Of a stretch of 64,000 nt of DNA, positions 1-10,297 are shown one piece after another; within the stretch, counting starts at the first letter, position 1, and each line of letters opens with the position of its first letter. This stretch comes from an uncultured Ruminococcus sp. (GTDB lineage Bacteria; Bacillota; Clostridia; Oscillospirales; CAG-382), in contig CAZYRT010000006.1 in assembly GCA_964650045.1 (NCBI GenBank), forward strand, positions 3,576 to 67,575. The letters are read 5' to 3'. The notes below the pieces were generated by a model. The model was not told the DNA's origin and made no database searches. It was given only the letters and a program-made list of their open reading frames with translations. The position numbers and the translations under genes are program-made.

Positions 1-1729
1 TATTTTGAATAAGGATATTGAAATATATAAGCTTGATAATAATATTCAGCAAAAGGTGAGGTTTAATCTTCAAAAGCAACAGCGTGATATGTATTTACGT
101 GAGCAATTGAGGGTTATCAAGGGTGAATTGGGAGAAGATTCCCGTTCCGAGGAAATTGATGATTCTGACGATTATTATTCCAAAATCAAGGACGCTAAAT
201 TACCTGAGGATGTAAGAGAAAAGCTTTTTGCCGAAAACACAAAGCTTTCCAAAATGCCTTTCGGTACTCCCGAAGCAACTGTTACAAGAAACTATATCGA
301 AGCCTGTCTTGAATTGCCTTGGAACAACAAGAGCAAAGACAGAACGGATATTGCGGTTGCCAAAAAGATTTTGGACAAGGATCACGACGGTATCGAAAAG
401 GTAAAGGAAAGAATTATTGAATTTCTTTCTGTGAAACAGCTTAAACCCGATTTGAAGGGACAGATCCTTTGCTTTGTAGGTCCCCCGGGTGTTGGTAAGA
501 CTTCTATTGCAAAATCAATCGCGAAGGCAACTAACAGAAAATTTGTAAGAATTTCTTTGGGCGGAATCCGTGACGAAGCGGAGATTCGCGGTCACAGAAG
601 AACATATATCGGTTCAATGCCCGGCCGTGTTGTAAACGCTTTGAAGCTTGCAGGTACATCAAATCCTGTTATACTTTTTGACGAATTGGACAAGCTTACA
701 AAGGACGCTCACGGAGATCCTACAAGTGCAATGCTCGAGGTTTTGGATGTTGAGCAGAACAATGCTTTCAGAGATAATTTTATCGAAATTCCCGTTGACC
801 TTTCCGAATGTTTATTTATTGCTACTGCAAACACGACCGAAACCATTCCGGCTCCTTTATTGGACAGACTTGAAGTCATTAATATGGACAGCTACTCCGA
901 TAAAGAAAAAAGAGCTATTGCTAAGAATCATCTTATTCCCAAGCAATTAAAGCTTCACGGCTTGAAGGCGAGCCAATGTAAAATTACCGAAGAAGCGGTT
1001 GATGGGCTTATAACCTCGTATACCCGCGAAAACGGCGTCAGAAACCTTGAAAGAGAGATTGCATCTCTTTGCAGAAAGAGCGCAAAACGAATCGTTGAAG
1101 GGGCAAAGAAGGTTACTGTTGATTCCGAAACAGTGGTTTCTATGCTTGGTCCTGCTAAATTTATCCCTGACAGTATTTATGATTCCGATGAAATCGGTAT
1201 TGTAAACGGATTGGCTTGGACTCAGCTTGGCGGTGATATGCTCAGAATTGAATGTAGCTCAATGAAGGGCAACGGCAAGCTTGAATTAACAGGTCATCTT
1301 GGCGATGTTATGAAGGAAAGCGCAAAAGCCGCTGTAAGCTACATACGCAAGCATTCAGACGAGCTTAGTGTGGACGGAGAGTTTTATTTCAACCGCGATA
1401 TTCACATTCATGTACCCGAAGGGGCGATTCCCAAGGACGGCCCTTCTGCAGGTATAACCATTGCAACAGCTTTAGTTAGCGAGCTTAGCGGAAGAAGTGT
1501 AAAGCGCGATGTTGCCATGACAGGCGAAATTACTCTTACGGGCAGAGTGTTGCCTATAGGCGGATTGAAGGAAAAGTCTATGGCAGCATATAAATGCGGC
1601 GCCAAGCAGGTTATTATTCCTTCGGAGAATGCGGCTGATATTGCTGAATTTGATATGGAGGTCAGAAATGCTATTGAATTTATTCCCGTAAAGCATATCT
1701 CGGAAGTATTCAATATAGCATTGAACTGA
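1..1729 (+). CDS. lon: Lon protease, C-terminal ~575 aa (the gene's 5' end lies upstream of the window)
   Basis: The frame is open from the window edge. Walker A GPPGVGKTS is present. The protease domain carries the catalytic-Ser motif PKDGPSAG and a Lys in IGGLKEK. engB follows, as in Bacillus lonA-ysxC. Confidence 0.95.
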   Translation, partial: ILNKDIEIYKLDNNIQQKVRFNLQKQQRDMYLREQLRVIKGELGEDSRSEEIDDSDDYYSKIKDAKLPEDVREKLFAENTKLSKMPFGTPEATVTRNYIEACLELPWNNKSKDRTDIAVAKKILDKDHDGIEKVKERIIEFLSVKQLKPDLKGQILCFVGPPGVGKTSIAKSIAKATNRKFVRISLGGIRDEAEIRGHRRTYIGSMPGRVVNALKLAGTSNPVILFDELDKLTKDAHGDPTSAMLEVLDVEQNNAFRDNFIEIPVDLSECLFIATANTTETIPAPLLDRLEVINMDSYSDKEKRAIAKNHLIPKQLKLHGLKASQCKITEEAVDGLITSYTRENGVRNLEREIASLCRKSAKRIVEGAKKVTVDSETVVSMLGPAKFIPDSIYDSDEIGIVNGLAWTQLGGDMLRIECSSMKGNGKLELTGHLGDVMKESAKAAVSYIRKHSDELSVDGEFYFNRDIHIHVPEGAIPKDGPSAGITIATALVSELSGRSVKRDVAMTGEITLTGRVLPIGGLKEKSMAAYKCGAKQVIIPSENAADIAEFDMEVRNAIEFIPVKHISEVFNIALN

Positions 1730-1733
1730 TAAT

Positions 1734-2357
1734 ATGGAAATGTCCTTTGGAGGTCTTAACCTCCATAAAACAGATTTAAAAATAACTGCAGGTCTTTCCT
1801 GGCAGTTAATAAAAGCAGGTATCCCTCAAATTGCCTTTGTAGGCAGATCAAATGTCGGCAAAAGCTCGTTGATCAATTCGCTTTTAGGCAGAAAAAAGCT
1901 TGCGAGAGTTTCATCTGAGCCCGGTAAAACCATTACGGTAAACTATTATGAGGTTGATAAAAAGCTCTTTTTGGTTGACCTTCCGGGTTACGGTTTTGCA
2001 AGAAGACCTAAAGGTGATATAACAAAATGGTCATCCTTAACCGATGGATATTTTGTTGACAACGATGCATTGACCTATGTTCTTCAGCTTATTGATATCC
2101 GTGTAGGTATAACCGAAGACGACAAAATGATGCTGGGATATTTGGACCACTATAATGTTCCTTATATGGTCGTTGCCACCAAATGCGATAAACTCAATAA
2201 AACTCAGTTAAACGAAGCTTGTGCAAAATTGTTATCAAGCGGTGTTTTAAGAAGCAATACCGAAGTGATTCTCTATTCCTCCACCAAAGGAATCGGCAGA
2301 GAAACTCTTTGGGAAAAAATTATTGAAAAAACTATTGGAGGTAATGATGCTCCATAA
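1734..2357 (+). CDS. engB: Ribosome-biogenesis GTPase EngB/YsxC
   Basis: G1 GRSNVGKSS, G3 DLPGYG and G4 TKCDK are present. The ATG lies 5 nt after the lon stop, matching the conserved lon-engB synteny. Confidence 0.9.
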   Translation: MEMSFGGLNLHKTDLKITAGLSWQLIKAGIPQIAFVGRSNVGKSSLINSLLGRKKLARVSSEPGKTITVNYYEVDKKLFLVDLPGYGFARRPKGDITKWSSLTDGYFVDNDALTYVLQLIDIRVGITEDDKMMLGYLDHYNVPYMVVATKCDKLNKTQLNEACAKLLSSGVLRSNTEVILYSSTKGIGRETLWEKIIEKTIGGNDAP

Positions 2358-3642
2358 AAATATTTCCATTTTAGAAAACGGTCATTTGGCATTTTCCGGT
2401 GTTGATGTTGTTTCCTTGGCTGATAAATACGGAACACCTCTTTATGTTACAGATGAGAATAAGATTAGAGAAAATTGCAGGGAATATAAGGCTGCTATCG
2501 AAAAGTATTTTGGCAGCGACAGCCTTCCTCTTTATGCGAGCAAAGCCCTTTGCTATAAGGATATTTATCGCATAATGAAAAGCGAGAGAATGTGCATTGA
2601 CGTTGTTTCGGGCGGTGAGCTTTATACTGCTTTAAGCGTCGGATTTCCCGCAGAACGAATTTATTTCCATGGCAATAACAAAACCTTGTCCGAAATTTCT
2701 CTTGGCTTAGAGAACAAAATAGGAGGTTTTATTGTTGATAACTTTGATGAACTTGAATGTCTTAATACAGAAGCAGGGAAGAGAGGAATTGAGCAGAATA
2801 TTCTTTTAAGGCTTTCTCCTGGAATCGACCCTCACACTCACAGAGCTGTTGTTACCGGTAACGTTGATTCAAAATTCGGCGTTGCCATCGAAACAGGTCA
2901 GGCTCTTGAATTTGTTCAAAAGGCTATTGAAGCCGAAAATCTTAATCTCGAAGGTATTCATTGCCATATTGGAAGCCAGATTTTTGATAAATTTCCTTTT
3001 ACAGATGCGGCTAAGAATATGCTTGATTTCGCTTTGGAAGTTAAGAATAAGCTGGATTATGAATTTAAGAAAATCAATTTAGGCGGCGGTATCGGTGTAA
3101 GATATACCGAAAATGATCCTACTGTTACAATTGATGAGATTTTCTGCGAAATCAAAAAAGAGCTCGATAAGCTGATCAACGAAAGAGGATTGTATAAGCC
3201 TACCTTCTTGTTTGAAATGGGCAGATATATTTGCGGTGATGCAGGTATGACTCTTTACACAGTTGGCTCGGTAAAGAATATCACGGGATATAAGAGCTAT
3301 GTTTGTATTGACGGTGGTATGTGCGATAATCCCCGTTATGCTCTTTATCAATCTAAGTATACCGTCTATAACGCGAGCCACGCTGACTATGAGCGCGATT
3401 TTGTGGCCTCTGTTGCAGGACGTTGCTGTGAAAGCGGAGATTTAATAGGCGAGGATATGGAGCTTCAGAGGTTCAATCGCGGCGATATTCTTGCGGTTGC
3501 GGTAACAGGCGCATATAATTATGCTATGTCATCTAATTACAACCGTGTTCCAAAGCCTGCAATGGTTTCTGTATCCAATGGCACAGAAAAGCTTGTAATC
3601 AAGCGTGAATCCTACGAGGATATTTTAAAGAACGAATTATAA
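2347..3642 (+). CDS. lysA: Diaminopimelate decarboxylase
   Basis: The PLP-Lys context YASKAL, LGGGIGVRY and CCESGD are present. The track start at 2323 is a TTG. A GGAGG at 2336-2340 favours ATG 2347 (or 2344). The gene overlaps the engB 3' end. Confidence 0.9.
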   Translation: MLHKNISILENGHLAFSGVDVVSLADKYGTPLYVTDENKIRENCREYKAAIEKYFGSDSLPLYASKALCYKDIYRIMKSERMCIDVVSGGELYTALSVGFPAERIYFHGNNKTLSEISLGLENKIGGFIVDNFDELECLNTEAGKRGIEQNILLRLSPGIDPHTHRAVVTGNVDSKFGVAIETGQALEFVQKAIEAENLNLEGIHCHIGSQIFDKFPFTDAAKNMLDFALEVKNKLDYEFKKINLGGGIGVRYTENDPTVTIDEIFCEIKKELDKLINERGLYKPTFLFEMGRYICGDAGMTLYTVGSVKNITGYKSYVCIDGGMCDNPRYALYQSKYTVYNASHADYERDFVASVAGRCCESGDLIGEDMELQRFNRGDILAVAVTGAYNYAMSSNYNRVPKPAMVSVSNGTEKLVIKRESYEDILKNEL

Positions 3643-3652
3643 TTAATACAAG

Positions 3653-3685
3653 AATTGCCCGATTTTTAAAATCGGGCAATTTTTA
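3653..3685 (+). terminator. Intrinsic terminator after lysA
   Basis: A perfect 12-bp stem (aattgcccgatt / aatcgggcaatt) with a 5-nt loop is followed by TTTTT. Confidence 0.7.
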
Positions 3686-3708
3686 TGTGTATCGCAATAT
3701 TAGAACAA

Positions 3709-4656
3709 TTAAAACAATTCAAGGAATTTGGGTTTTTGAGCTGTAACGGTCAAGCCGTTTAAATATCCTAAGGTTTGGAATTTTTTACAACCTGTAAATT
3801 TAACTGAATAAGCGCACAAGGCTTGCGATTTGTAACCCATTTCACGGTCTTTTTTATTAACGGCATATTTTCCGTCACCAAGCAAGGGGTGACCGATGTG
3901 AGCAAAGCTTGCACGGATTTGATGGGTACGACCAGTAATAAGTTCAATTTCAAGAAGGGAAAATTCGCGATTTTGTGTTTGTGCAACAGTTTTATATCTT
4001 GTGACAGAAGCCTTAGAATTTTTCGTTTCGTGATTCTTTACGCGCACAAGGTTGTCCTTTGAATCCTTTTCCAGAAAAAGCTTTATTTCACCATTTTTAG
4101 GGGTTACTGTTCCATGAACAACTGCAAGATATTTTTTCTCGATCAGTCTATCCTTGATTATCTCATTCATTTCTCTTAATGCCGAAGCATTTTTTGCGGC
4201 AATCACAAGACCTTCGGTGTTTCTGTCAATGCGGTTACAAAGAGCAGGAGCAAAGCTATTTTCGTTTTCGGGGATATATTCTTCCTTTGAGATTAAATAA
4301 GCTGTTATTCTATCAATCAGGGTGTCTCCTTCTTCCTGAGTGTCGGAATGAACCAAAAGACCCGCTTCCTTTTCGGCAATAAGGATATTTTCGTCCTCGT
4401 AGGCTATGTTAATCTTTCCTTTTGTTGCAATATGCTTAGGTGCAGTATCGGAAATTACATCATCGGGAGCAAAAATTAATATAAGATCGTTTTCTTCAAG
4501 AATTTGATTTTCTTTTGCACGCTTACGGTTGACAGTAATCTTCTTTTTACGAATCAGCTTATACATCATTGATATAGGAAGATTTTTGAATTTTTTCGTA
4601 AGGAATTTATCAAGGCGCTGACCTGAATCATTCTTTTTTATAACTATTTCACGCAT
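3709..4656 (-). CDS. RluA-family 23S rRNA pseudouridine synthase with an N-terminal S4-like domain
   Basis: The catalytic-Asp motif NRIDRNTEG (an HRLDxxTSG variant) and GRTHQIR are present. Internal ATG 4656 is preceded by GGAGAAG and clears the upstream stop at 4670. The track start at 4764 would overlap the upstream gene. Confidence 0.85.
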   Translation of the reverse strand: MREIVIKKNDSGQRLDKFLTKKFKNLPISMMYKLIRKKKITVNRKRAKENQILEENDLILIFAPDDVISDTAPKHIATKGKINIAYEDENILIAEKEAGLLVHSDTQEEGDTLIDRITAYLISKEEYIPENENSFAPALCNRIDRNTEGLVIAAKNASALREMNEIIKDRLIEKKYLAVVHGTVTPKNGEIKLFLEKDSKDNLVRVKNHETKNSKASVTRYKTVAQTQNREFSLLEIELITGRTHQIRASFAHIGHPLLGDGKYAVNKKDREMGYKSQALCAYSVKFTGCKKFQTLGYLNGLTVTAQKPKFLELF

Positions 4657-4669
4657 ACTCTTCTCCGTA

Positions 4670-6577
4670 TCAAGCACCTTTGTTAAGAAGCGATCTCGCT
4701 TTGTTTTTGCGTTTTCTTTTAATAACCGCTGTAATAATAAAAATGATAAATAGCAACACCGCATTTACAACAGCGAAAGCCACCCATGTGATATAATTCC
4801 AATTACAGAAAACCTCGTTAAAGCTGAATTTCGCGTTGATTATCTTTCTGTTCATTGTTGAGGCATACTTCATAGGAACGGTAGAAACTCCTGTATCTCC
4901 TTCCGGAAATGAGGCAAGATAATCTGCTAAGGCTTTCCATTCCTTAATTTCCGTGCCGTTTGATGTGGCGATATGGTCATTAAAATCGGTTATAGGATTA
5001 CCTTGGAAATCCTTGGGAGTAAGCTCCAATAAGCCGAAGGATTTTTCCTTTACGGTGCCAAGCATTTCGGCAGAGGTGAGTCCGGAAACCACTCTGTAAA
5101 GCTTATCTTTTTCAATCTCTATTCTTTCACCGTTTTCGCCAATCAACCAGCAATCGTATACCCGGTTCATAAACATTCGATTTGTATTTACGGAATAACC
5201 TAATCCAGAGCAATAAAGCTGTGCATAGGACATTATGCCCGAAACACTTGCATCGATTTCTGCTAAAGACCAAAGCTCGCTTCCGTAAAGATATACAGAG
5301 CAAAGAGGATATCCTGCAACTCCGTCATTACCGATTCCGAGAGAGCTGATTTCATAGACCTGAGAAACGGTTATATGACCTTTATCGATAGATGCTCTGA
5401 TAACTCCTACAGGAACCACAGCAACATCTACAGGAACATAATTATCCCCTTCGGAGGATTTGATTGCGTGAATATAGGAATCGCTTATAAGATTTCCCAA
5501 AGGCTGTTCAGCCAATTTATCACTCATAATTGACTGCTCAGGAAAATCAAAAGGGCTGTATGCTAAAACCTGATCGGCAGATGAATAACCGAATTTTTCA
5601 AGGTACTCATCAACATCCTTGCTCATAGATTTGATCTTTTCGGATGTGGTCTTATCTGCAGGAATGGCATCATCTATTTTAACAAGAGAATAGGAAATCA
5701 AATCGACTTTACCGTCATTCGGGGTAACGATAATCTTACCAACATTTTCGCCGTATTCACCGCAGGATGCTATAATTGTGTCATTTACGATAATAGGCTC
5801 ATTTAATGTGGTATGAGTATGGCCGCTTATGATAATATCAATACCTTCAACCTTTTTTGCAAGCTCTATATCCTCGTCATCAACAGTATCGCCCGTACCG
5901 CTGTGAGAAAGGCATATTACCAAATCGGGAGAATAAAGTCTGTCTATTTCATCAACGGTTATTTTAGCCGTTTCGATAAAATCGTCGAACACAAGATTTG
6001 AGGCAGATGACAACTCTGCAGCATCTCTGCCAAGAACACCAAAAACAGCGATAATATAATCACCTTTTTTAAAAATTTCATAATCCTTTATATTCATCGC
6101 CGAAAGGTCATTATCGGTGTATCCGCTTTTAGCGGTATTTATATTAGCGCACAGAATAGGAGGGATATATTCATTAGTAGACTTAGCAACAGAAATCATT
6201 TCCTTTACTGCATCAAAGCCATAATCAAATTCGTGGTTTCCGAATGTGGTCGCTTCATATCCTAAATATCCCATCATACGGTATTCAATAGCCGATGTGG
6301 AAAAGGCAGTTTGGAACAAGGTTCCCATAGAAAAGTCACCACCATCAACAACGATGGTATTTTTATACATATCCCTTATTTCATCAATAACTGTTTTGAT
6401 TCTTTGGAATCCACCCGAAGAACTGCCGTCCAGCATAAATGAATCTATATGGGAATGTAAATCATGTGTAAAAACAATTGCTATATCAGAATCGTTAACT
6501 TCGTCAGCTGATGTAAGCAAGGGCAGGGAAGTAACGATAAGCAAGAGAATCAAAAAATAAGAAATTAATTTTTTCAT
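4670..6577 (-). CDS. Exported 5'-nucleotidase/UshA-like metallophosphoesterase with a C-terminal membrane anchor
   Basis: Calcineurin-like motifs are present (THDLHSH, GGDFSMG, GNHEFD, SGHTH). The signal peptide is MKKLISYFLILLLIVTSLPLLTSA. The C-terminus has a hydrophobic helix and a KRKRKNK tail. ATG 6577 is preceded by GGAGGT. Confidence 0.8.
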   Translation of the reverse strand: MKKLISYFLILLLIVTSLPLLTSADEVNDSDIAIVFTHDLHSHIDSFMLDGSSSGGFQRIKTVIDEIRDMYKNTIVVDGGDFSMGTLFQTAFSTSAIEYRMMGYLGYEATTFGNHEFDYGFDAVKEMISVAKSTNEYIPPILCANINTAKSGYTDNDLSAMNIKDYEIFKKGDYIIAVFGVLGRDAAELSSASNLVFDDFIETAKITVDEIDRLYSPDLVICLSHSGTGDTVDDEDIELAKKVEGIDIIISGHTHTTLNEPIIVNDTIIASCGEYGENVGKIIVTPNDGKVDLISYSLVKIDDAIPADKTTSEKIKSMSKDVDEYLEKFGYSSADQVLAYSPFDFPEQSIMSDKLAEQPLGNLISDSYIHAIKSSEGDNYVPVDVAVVPVGVIRASIDKGHITVSQVYEISSLGIGNDGVAGYPLCSVYLYGSELWSLAEIDASVSGIMSYAQLYCSGLGYSVNTNRMFMNRVYDCWLIGENGERIEIEKDKLYRVVSGLTSAEMLGTVKEKSFGLLELTPKDFQGNPITDFNDHIATSNGTEIKEWKALADYLASFPEGDTGVSTVPMKYASTMNRKIINAKFSFNEVFCNWNYITWVAFAVVNAVLLFIIFIITAVIKRKRKNKARSLLNKGA

Positions 6578-6596
6578 AGCATACCTCCATGAAGAA

Positions 6597-6625
6597 ATTA
6601 TATCATCAAATAATACTTTTTTCAA
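6597..6625 (-). promoter_or_regulatory. Sigma-A-type promoter for the 5'-nucleotidase-like gene
   Basis: On the minus strand it reads TTGAAA, a 17-nt spacer, then TGaTATAAT (extended -10), about 20 nt upstream of the start. Confidence 0.5.
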
Positions 6626-6767
6626 CAAATTAATTGATAATTCACAAAAAAGAAAACAAACATTTGTCCGGCAAGCGATAAAAATATATACAAATTATAT
6701 TTTTGAAAAAACTATATATTGTCATGCGTCAACTGAAGACACACAACATGGGGCATTGGTTGCTATA

Positions 6768-6795
6768 GTTTACATAATTATGTTTACATAATTAT
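6768..6795. repeat. Perfect 14-bp tandem direct repeat (GTTTACATAATTAT x2)
   Basis: Read directly from the sequence at 6768-6781 and 6782-6795, about 105 nt upstream of the proC start. Confidence 0.9.
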
Positions 6796-6901
6796 TGTTG
6801 ATAATGAACAATTTTCGAGAAAATGCTGAAAAACACTTGAAAATATGAAGAAATTATATTATTATATTTCTTGCACCCTTGAAAAATTAGAGGTACATAA
6901 T

Positions 6902-7735
6902 ATGTCACATCAATCTAAATATTGCCAAAAATTGCTTTTTATAGGAAGCGGGAATATTGCAAACGCAGTTGCTTGCGGGCTTGCTAATTCGGGTTCTGTT
7001 AAAGCATCTGATATAACAGTTTATAACCGAAATTCAAATAAATTTGAAAGATTTGAAAAGCTCGGTATAAACACCTCATTGGATATTGTTGCTTCTGCTA
7101 AGGATGCTGATGTGATATTTTTAGCGGTAAAGCCCGGGATCGTTTCCAATGTGATGAAACAGCTTGCGGCAATCGAAGGTGTTTTGAACAAGGCTTTGAT
7201 TGTCTCCTTCGCCGCTTCTGTTTCTATTGAACATATTGAGAAATCCGCAAATGCTGAGCTTGCTGTTATCCGAACCATGCCAAGCACACCTATTATGGTT
7301 GGAGAAGGCGTTCTTGCTGTCACAAGAAACCAACGTGTGACCGCAAAACAGTTCGAGAATTTTTGCAGAATGATGTCTTCAATAGCTCATGTAGCCGTTG
7401 TGGAAGAACAGCTTATGAATCCTATAATTTCGGTTCAAGGTTCTTCGCCTGCTTATGTTTATCTTTTTGTAAAAGCTATGATGGTCGCTGCAGAGAAGCA
7501 AGGCATTGACGCCAACACCGCATTACCTTTGATACTTAAAACAATCAAGGGTTCAGTCAAGATGATCGAGAATAGTGATGAATCCATTGAACAGCTGATT
7601 TCCAATGTAAGCTCTCCTAATGGAACAACGCTTGCAGCTTTAAACTCTTTTTATAATGATGATTTTGTGGGCTCTGTTGAACGCGCAATGGACGCTTGCA
7701 CAAAACGAGCCAACGAGATTTCAGAGGAATTGTAA
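6902..7735 (+). CDS. proC: Pyrroline-5-carboxylate reductase
   Basis: The N-terminal Rossmann motif is FIGSGNIANAV. The C-terminal signature is SSPNGTTLAAL. ATG 6902 is preceded by AGAGG. Confidence 0.85.
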   Translation: MSHQSKYCQKLLFIGSGNIANAVACGLANSGSVKASDITVYNRNSNKFERFEKLGINTSLDIVASAKDADVIFLAVKPGIVSNVMKQLAAIEGVLNKALIVSFAASVSIEHIEKSANAELAVIRTMPSTPIMVGEGVLAVTRNQRVTAKQFENFCRMMSSIAHVAVVEEQLMNPIISVQGSSPAYVYLFVKAMMVAAEKQGIDANTALPLILKTIKGSVKMIENSDESIEQLISNVSSPNGTTLAALNSFYNDDFVGSVERAMDACTKRANEISEEL

Positions 7736-7776
7736 TTAATTTGAATTTGTCTGCATAAACCTTTATTGGTGATGTT

Positions 7777-8355
7777 ATGGACAAGGATACTCAGGCCTTA
7801 ACTTTATATGTTCCTAAAGAAACCGGAAAATCATTTACAAGGTTAAAAACTTTTATTAGTAAACATTTAATTTCAGTATCGGTGAATTACCGAAATGAAC
7901 TATTTCTGTTTATCTGTTTATACATAGTCTTTGAATTTTTAGGTTTTTGCTTATCAATTAAAGATAACAGTATATTCATTAACTCCGATTTTTTGGAATT
8001 TAAAAAAATATTGGTTATCCTTACTTTCAATGTTATTTTCAGTTTTACAGTTTTCGGCAAAATCGTAACTTTGATAACAGTTACATTTATCGGATTCAAT
8101 TTTGGAATTGAATATTATTTGAACGAATTTGCCACACAAGGTGGAAAACTCGGTTCGGTTGCAAAAATTTTCATACTATTAGTAATTTCCTTTGCTCTTT
8201 TATTGTTTTTACTTGAGTTGTTTTGTTTTTCTAATAGAGCAGTTTATGGAAAACAACAACTTTTCGAGATAAAACCTCTTGTTGTTCACATATTCTTTAT
8301 ATGTATTTCAATATTTTTGATTTATTTCTTATTTTATTTGTATTATAATGTTTGA
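7777..8355 (+). CDS. Polytopic membrane protein, possibly SpoIIM-like
   Basis: The protein is 192 aa with about 5 hydrophobic helices. It sits immediately upstream of xerD, and spoIIM lies near ripX/xerD in B. subtilis. The sequence resemblance is weak. Confidence 0.35.
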   Translation: MDKDTQALTLYVPKETGKSFTRLKTFISKHLISVSVNYRNELFLFICLYIVFEFLGFCLSIKDNSIFINSDFLEFKKILVILTFNVIFSFTVFGKIVTLITVTFIGFNFGIEYYLNEFATQGGKLGSVAKIFILLVISFALLLFLLELFCFSNRAVYGKQQLFEIKPLVVHIFFICISIFLIYFLFYLYYNV

Positions 8356-8371
8356 TTGGTAGGATTTTTAA

Positions 8372-9280
8372 ATGACCGGTTGTGAAAATAATAATATAAT
8401 GTCACAACTTAATAATTATCTGAAATATCTTGAGGATGAAAAAAGTGCCTCCGGTAATACACTTCAGGCATATAAGCGCGATCTTTATAAGTTTGCGGAT
8501 TATGCAAAGGACCTTCACGTTGGAGATATTTCCGATATAGATACCGAGACCATTGAAGATTTCAAGATACATTTGGTTTCAAAGGGGCTTTCTTCATCCT
8601 CTGTAAGCAGAACTCTTTCTTCTTTGCGCGGATTGTTTCAGTATCTCATTGCTTTGGGAATCTGCGAAAGCAATCCTGCCAGAGCAGTTCACAATGATAA
8701 GGCAGAAAAGAAGGGGATGTCCATACTCAGTTCAAAGGATGTTGACCTTCTTTTGTCACAGCCCGATACAAGTGATATAAAAGGTATGCGCGATAAGGCG
8801 ATGCTAGAGATACTTTATGCAACCGGTATTAAGGTTTCTGAATTGGTAGGTCTGCAGATCGATGATGTAAATATTCAATTGTCGTTTATTCGTTGTGGAG
8901 AAGGCGAAAAGGAACGTTTTATTCCGATATATCCCGTTGCGGCTAAGGCTATTTCTCTTTACATCGAAAAATCCCGCAAGCTGTTGGTTACAGACCCCAA
9001 TGAGCATTCTTTGTTTGTTAATATAGCCGGAGAACGAATGACAAGACAGGGATTTTGGAAGATTCTTAAAGGATATGCTGAAAATGCTAATATCAAGGCT
9101 TCCATAACTCCACATACCTTGCGCCATTCATTTGCTGCTCATTTGCTTGAAAACGGTGCAGATATACATGATATTCAAGTAATATTAGGACATTCCGATA
9201 TCGCTTCTACTCAAAGATACGCCCAATTCTTAAAAGAAAAAATGAAAAACAGTTTTATTAAATTTCACCCGCGTGCATGA
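8372..9280 (+). CDS. xerD: Tyrosine recombinase XerD/XerC
   Basis: The C-terminal catalytic motifs are HTLRHSFAAHLLENGADI and LGHSDIASTQRY. An N-terminal SAM-like domain is present. No flanking repeats or phage genes are seen. Confidence 0.85.
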   Translation: MTGCENNNIMSQLNNYLKYLEDEKSASGNTLQAYKRDLYKFADYAKDLHVGDISDIDTETIEDFKIHLVSKGLSSSSVSRTLSSLRGLFQYLIALGICESNPARAVHNDKAEKKGMSILSSKDVDLLLSQPDTSDIKGMRDKAMLEILYATGIKVSELVGLQIDDVNIQLSFIRCGEGEKERFIPIYPVAAKAISLYIEKSRKLLVTDPNEHSLFVNIAGERMTRQGFWKILKGYAENANIKASITPHTLRHSFAAHLLENGADIHDIQVILGHSDIASTQRYAQFLKEKMKNSFIKFHPRA

Positions 9281-9289
9281 GGATACAAA

Positions 9290-10288
9290 ATGGGAAAGAT
9301 TTATAATTTTTTTTCCGGAACTAATAACCGGAACGATAAAGGTATCAGTAAAAAACAAGTAGAATATGACCAGAAGCTTGGTTTTACTTTCTTTTTTAAG
9401 CTATTAAAAATGAAATTAGGCAAATTTTCGGGTTCAAACTTGATATTTTCTTTATGTAATATTTTCTTTTTCGTAGCTCTTTTAGGCATAACAGGCACCT
9501 TTAATGACGAAACAGTTTCTGCTGCTAATCCTCTTTATGCCCAAGTCTCTGCAATTGCAAAAAACGAAAGCGGTCCCGGTATTGCTACATTAATCAGTGT
9601 CTATTGTTCTTCGGTCTATAGCCCTGTGCTTTCGGATATTTCAATAGGTCTTATGTGTTCGGGATTGGTGTTGATATTCACATTTGGAATATCAACAATT
9701 GGTCTTGTTTACAACATGAGAAACATCTGTACTGGCGAGCATATTGATACATGGCACGACTTTTTCTATGCTATCAAAACTAATTTCAAGCAGGGAATTG
9801 TCATCGGTATATTAGACATCGGTCTGCTGTTTATTCTTATTTATGATATTATCATGTATAGTTCAATGGCCAACAGCGGTATGATGTATTTGATTTTCTT
9901 CTATGCATCCATACTTTTAACTGTTTTGTACTATATGATGAGATATTATATGTATCTTCAGCTTGTGACCTGCAAGATGTCAACCTTTAAGATAATTAAA
10001 AATTCGTTCTTATTGGTTTCTCTAGGTATTAAAAGAAATCTTGCCGCGCTTGCCGGTACAATTGTGTTCCTGGTGATATATGTATATATATATATCCTGT
10101 TGCCTCAGGTCGCAATTATCATGTTCTGTATGTTTACTTTCGCTTTCTTAACATACATCGGCGTTTACTGCGCTTATCCTGTTGTTAAGAAATATGTTAT
10201 CGACCCCTATTATGACGAGCATCCCGAGGAACGTCCCGTGGCTCCCTATGAAATGGAAGAGCAAGTGTTCGCAGACAGAGAAATTTAA
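9290..10288 (+). CDS. Uncharacterised multi-pass membrane protein
   Basis: The ORF is 332 aa with about 6 hydrophobic segments. A GAGGA RBS is present and the start is 9 nt after xerD. It may be DUF624/YesL-like, but I cannot confirm that. Confidence 0.6.
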   Translation: MGKIYNFFSGTNNRNDKGISKKQVEYDQKLGFTFFFKLLKMKLGKFSGSNLIFSLCNIFFFVALLGITGTFNDETVSAANPLYAQVSAIAKNESGPGIATLISVYCSSVYSPVLSDISIGLMCSGLVLIFTFGISTIGLVYNMRNICTGEHIDTWHDFFYAIKTNFKQGIVIGILDIGLLFILIYDIIMYSSMANSGMMYLIFFYASILLTVLYYMMRYYMYLQLVTCKMSTFKIIKNSFLLVSLGIKRNLAALAGTIVFLVIYVYIYILLPQVAIIMFCMFTFAFLTYIGVYCAYPVVKKYVIDPYYDEHPEERPVAPYEMEEQVFADREI

Positions 10289-10297
10289 TATTAAATC

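Noticed and set aside
4657-4764. Several track ORFs have N-terminal extensions, for example 3709..4764, 4670..6628, 14619..15296, 18553..19455, 22562..23656, 41494..41913 and 47065..48096.
   Set aside because: The extensions overlap the upstream gene or lack an RBS. Internal ATGs with good Shine-Dalgarno spacing, or stop/start coupling, give the coordinates I report.
6629-6901. I looked for a T-box or riboswitch leader for proC. I also looked for an L-box upstream of lysA near 2300.
   Set aside because: No T-box core (AGGGTGGNACCGCG-like) or other conserved riboswitch sequence is present. lysA overlaps engB, so there is no leader space.
8372-9280. I considered whether the tyrosine recombinase marks an integrated mobile element.
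   Set aside because: The XerD-type motifs, the housekeeping neighbours (proC, a spoIIM-like gene) and the absence of flanking repeats, tRNA or phage genes all point to the chromosomal dimer-resolution enzyme.
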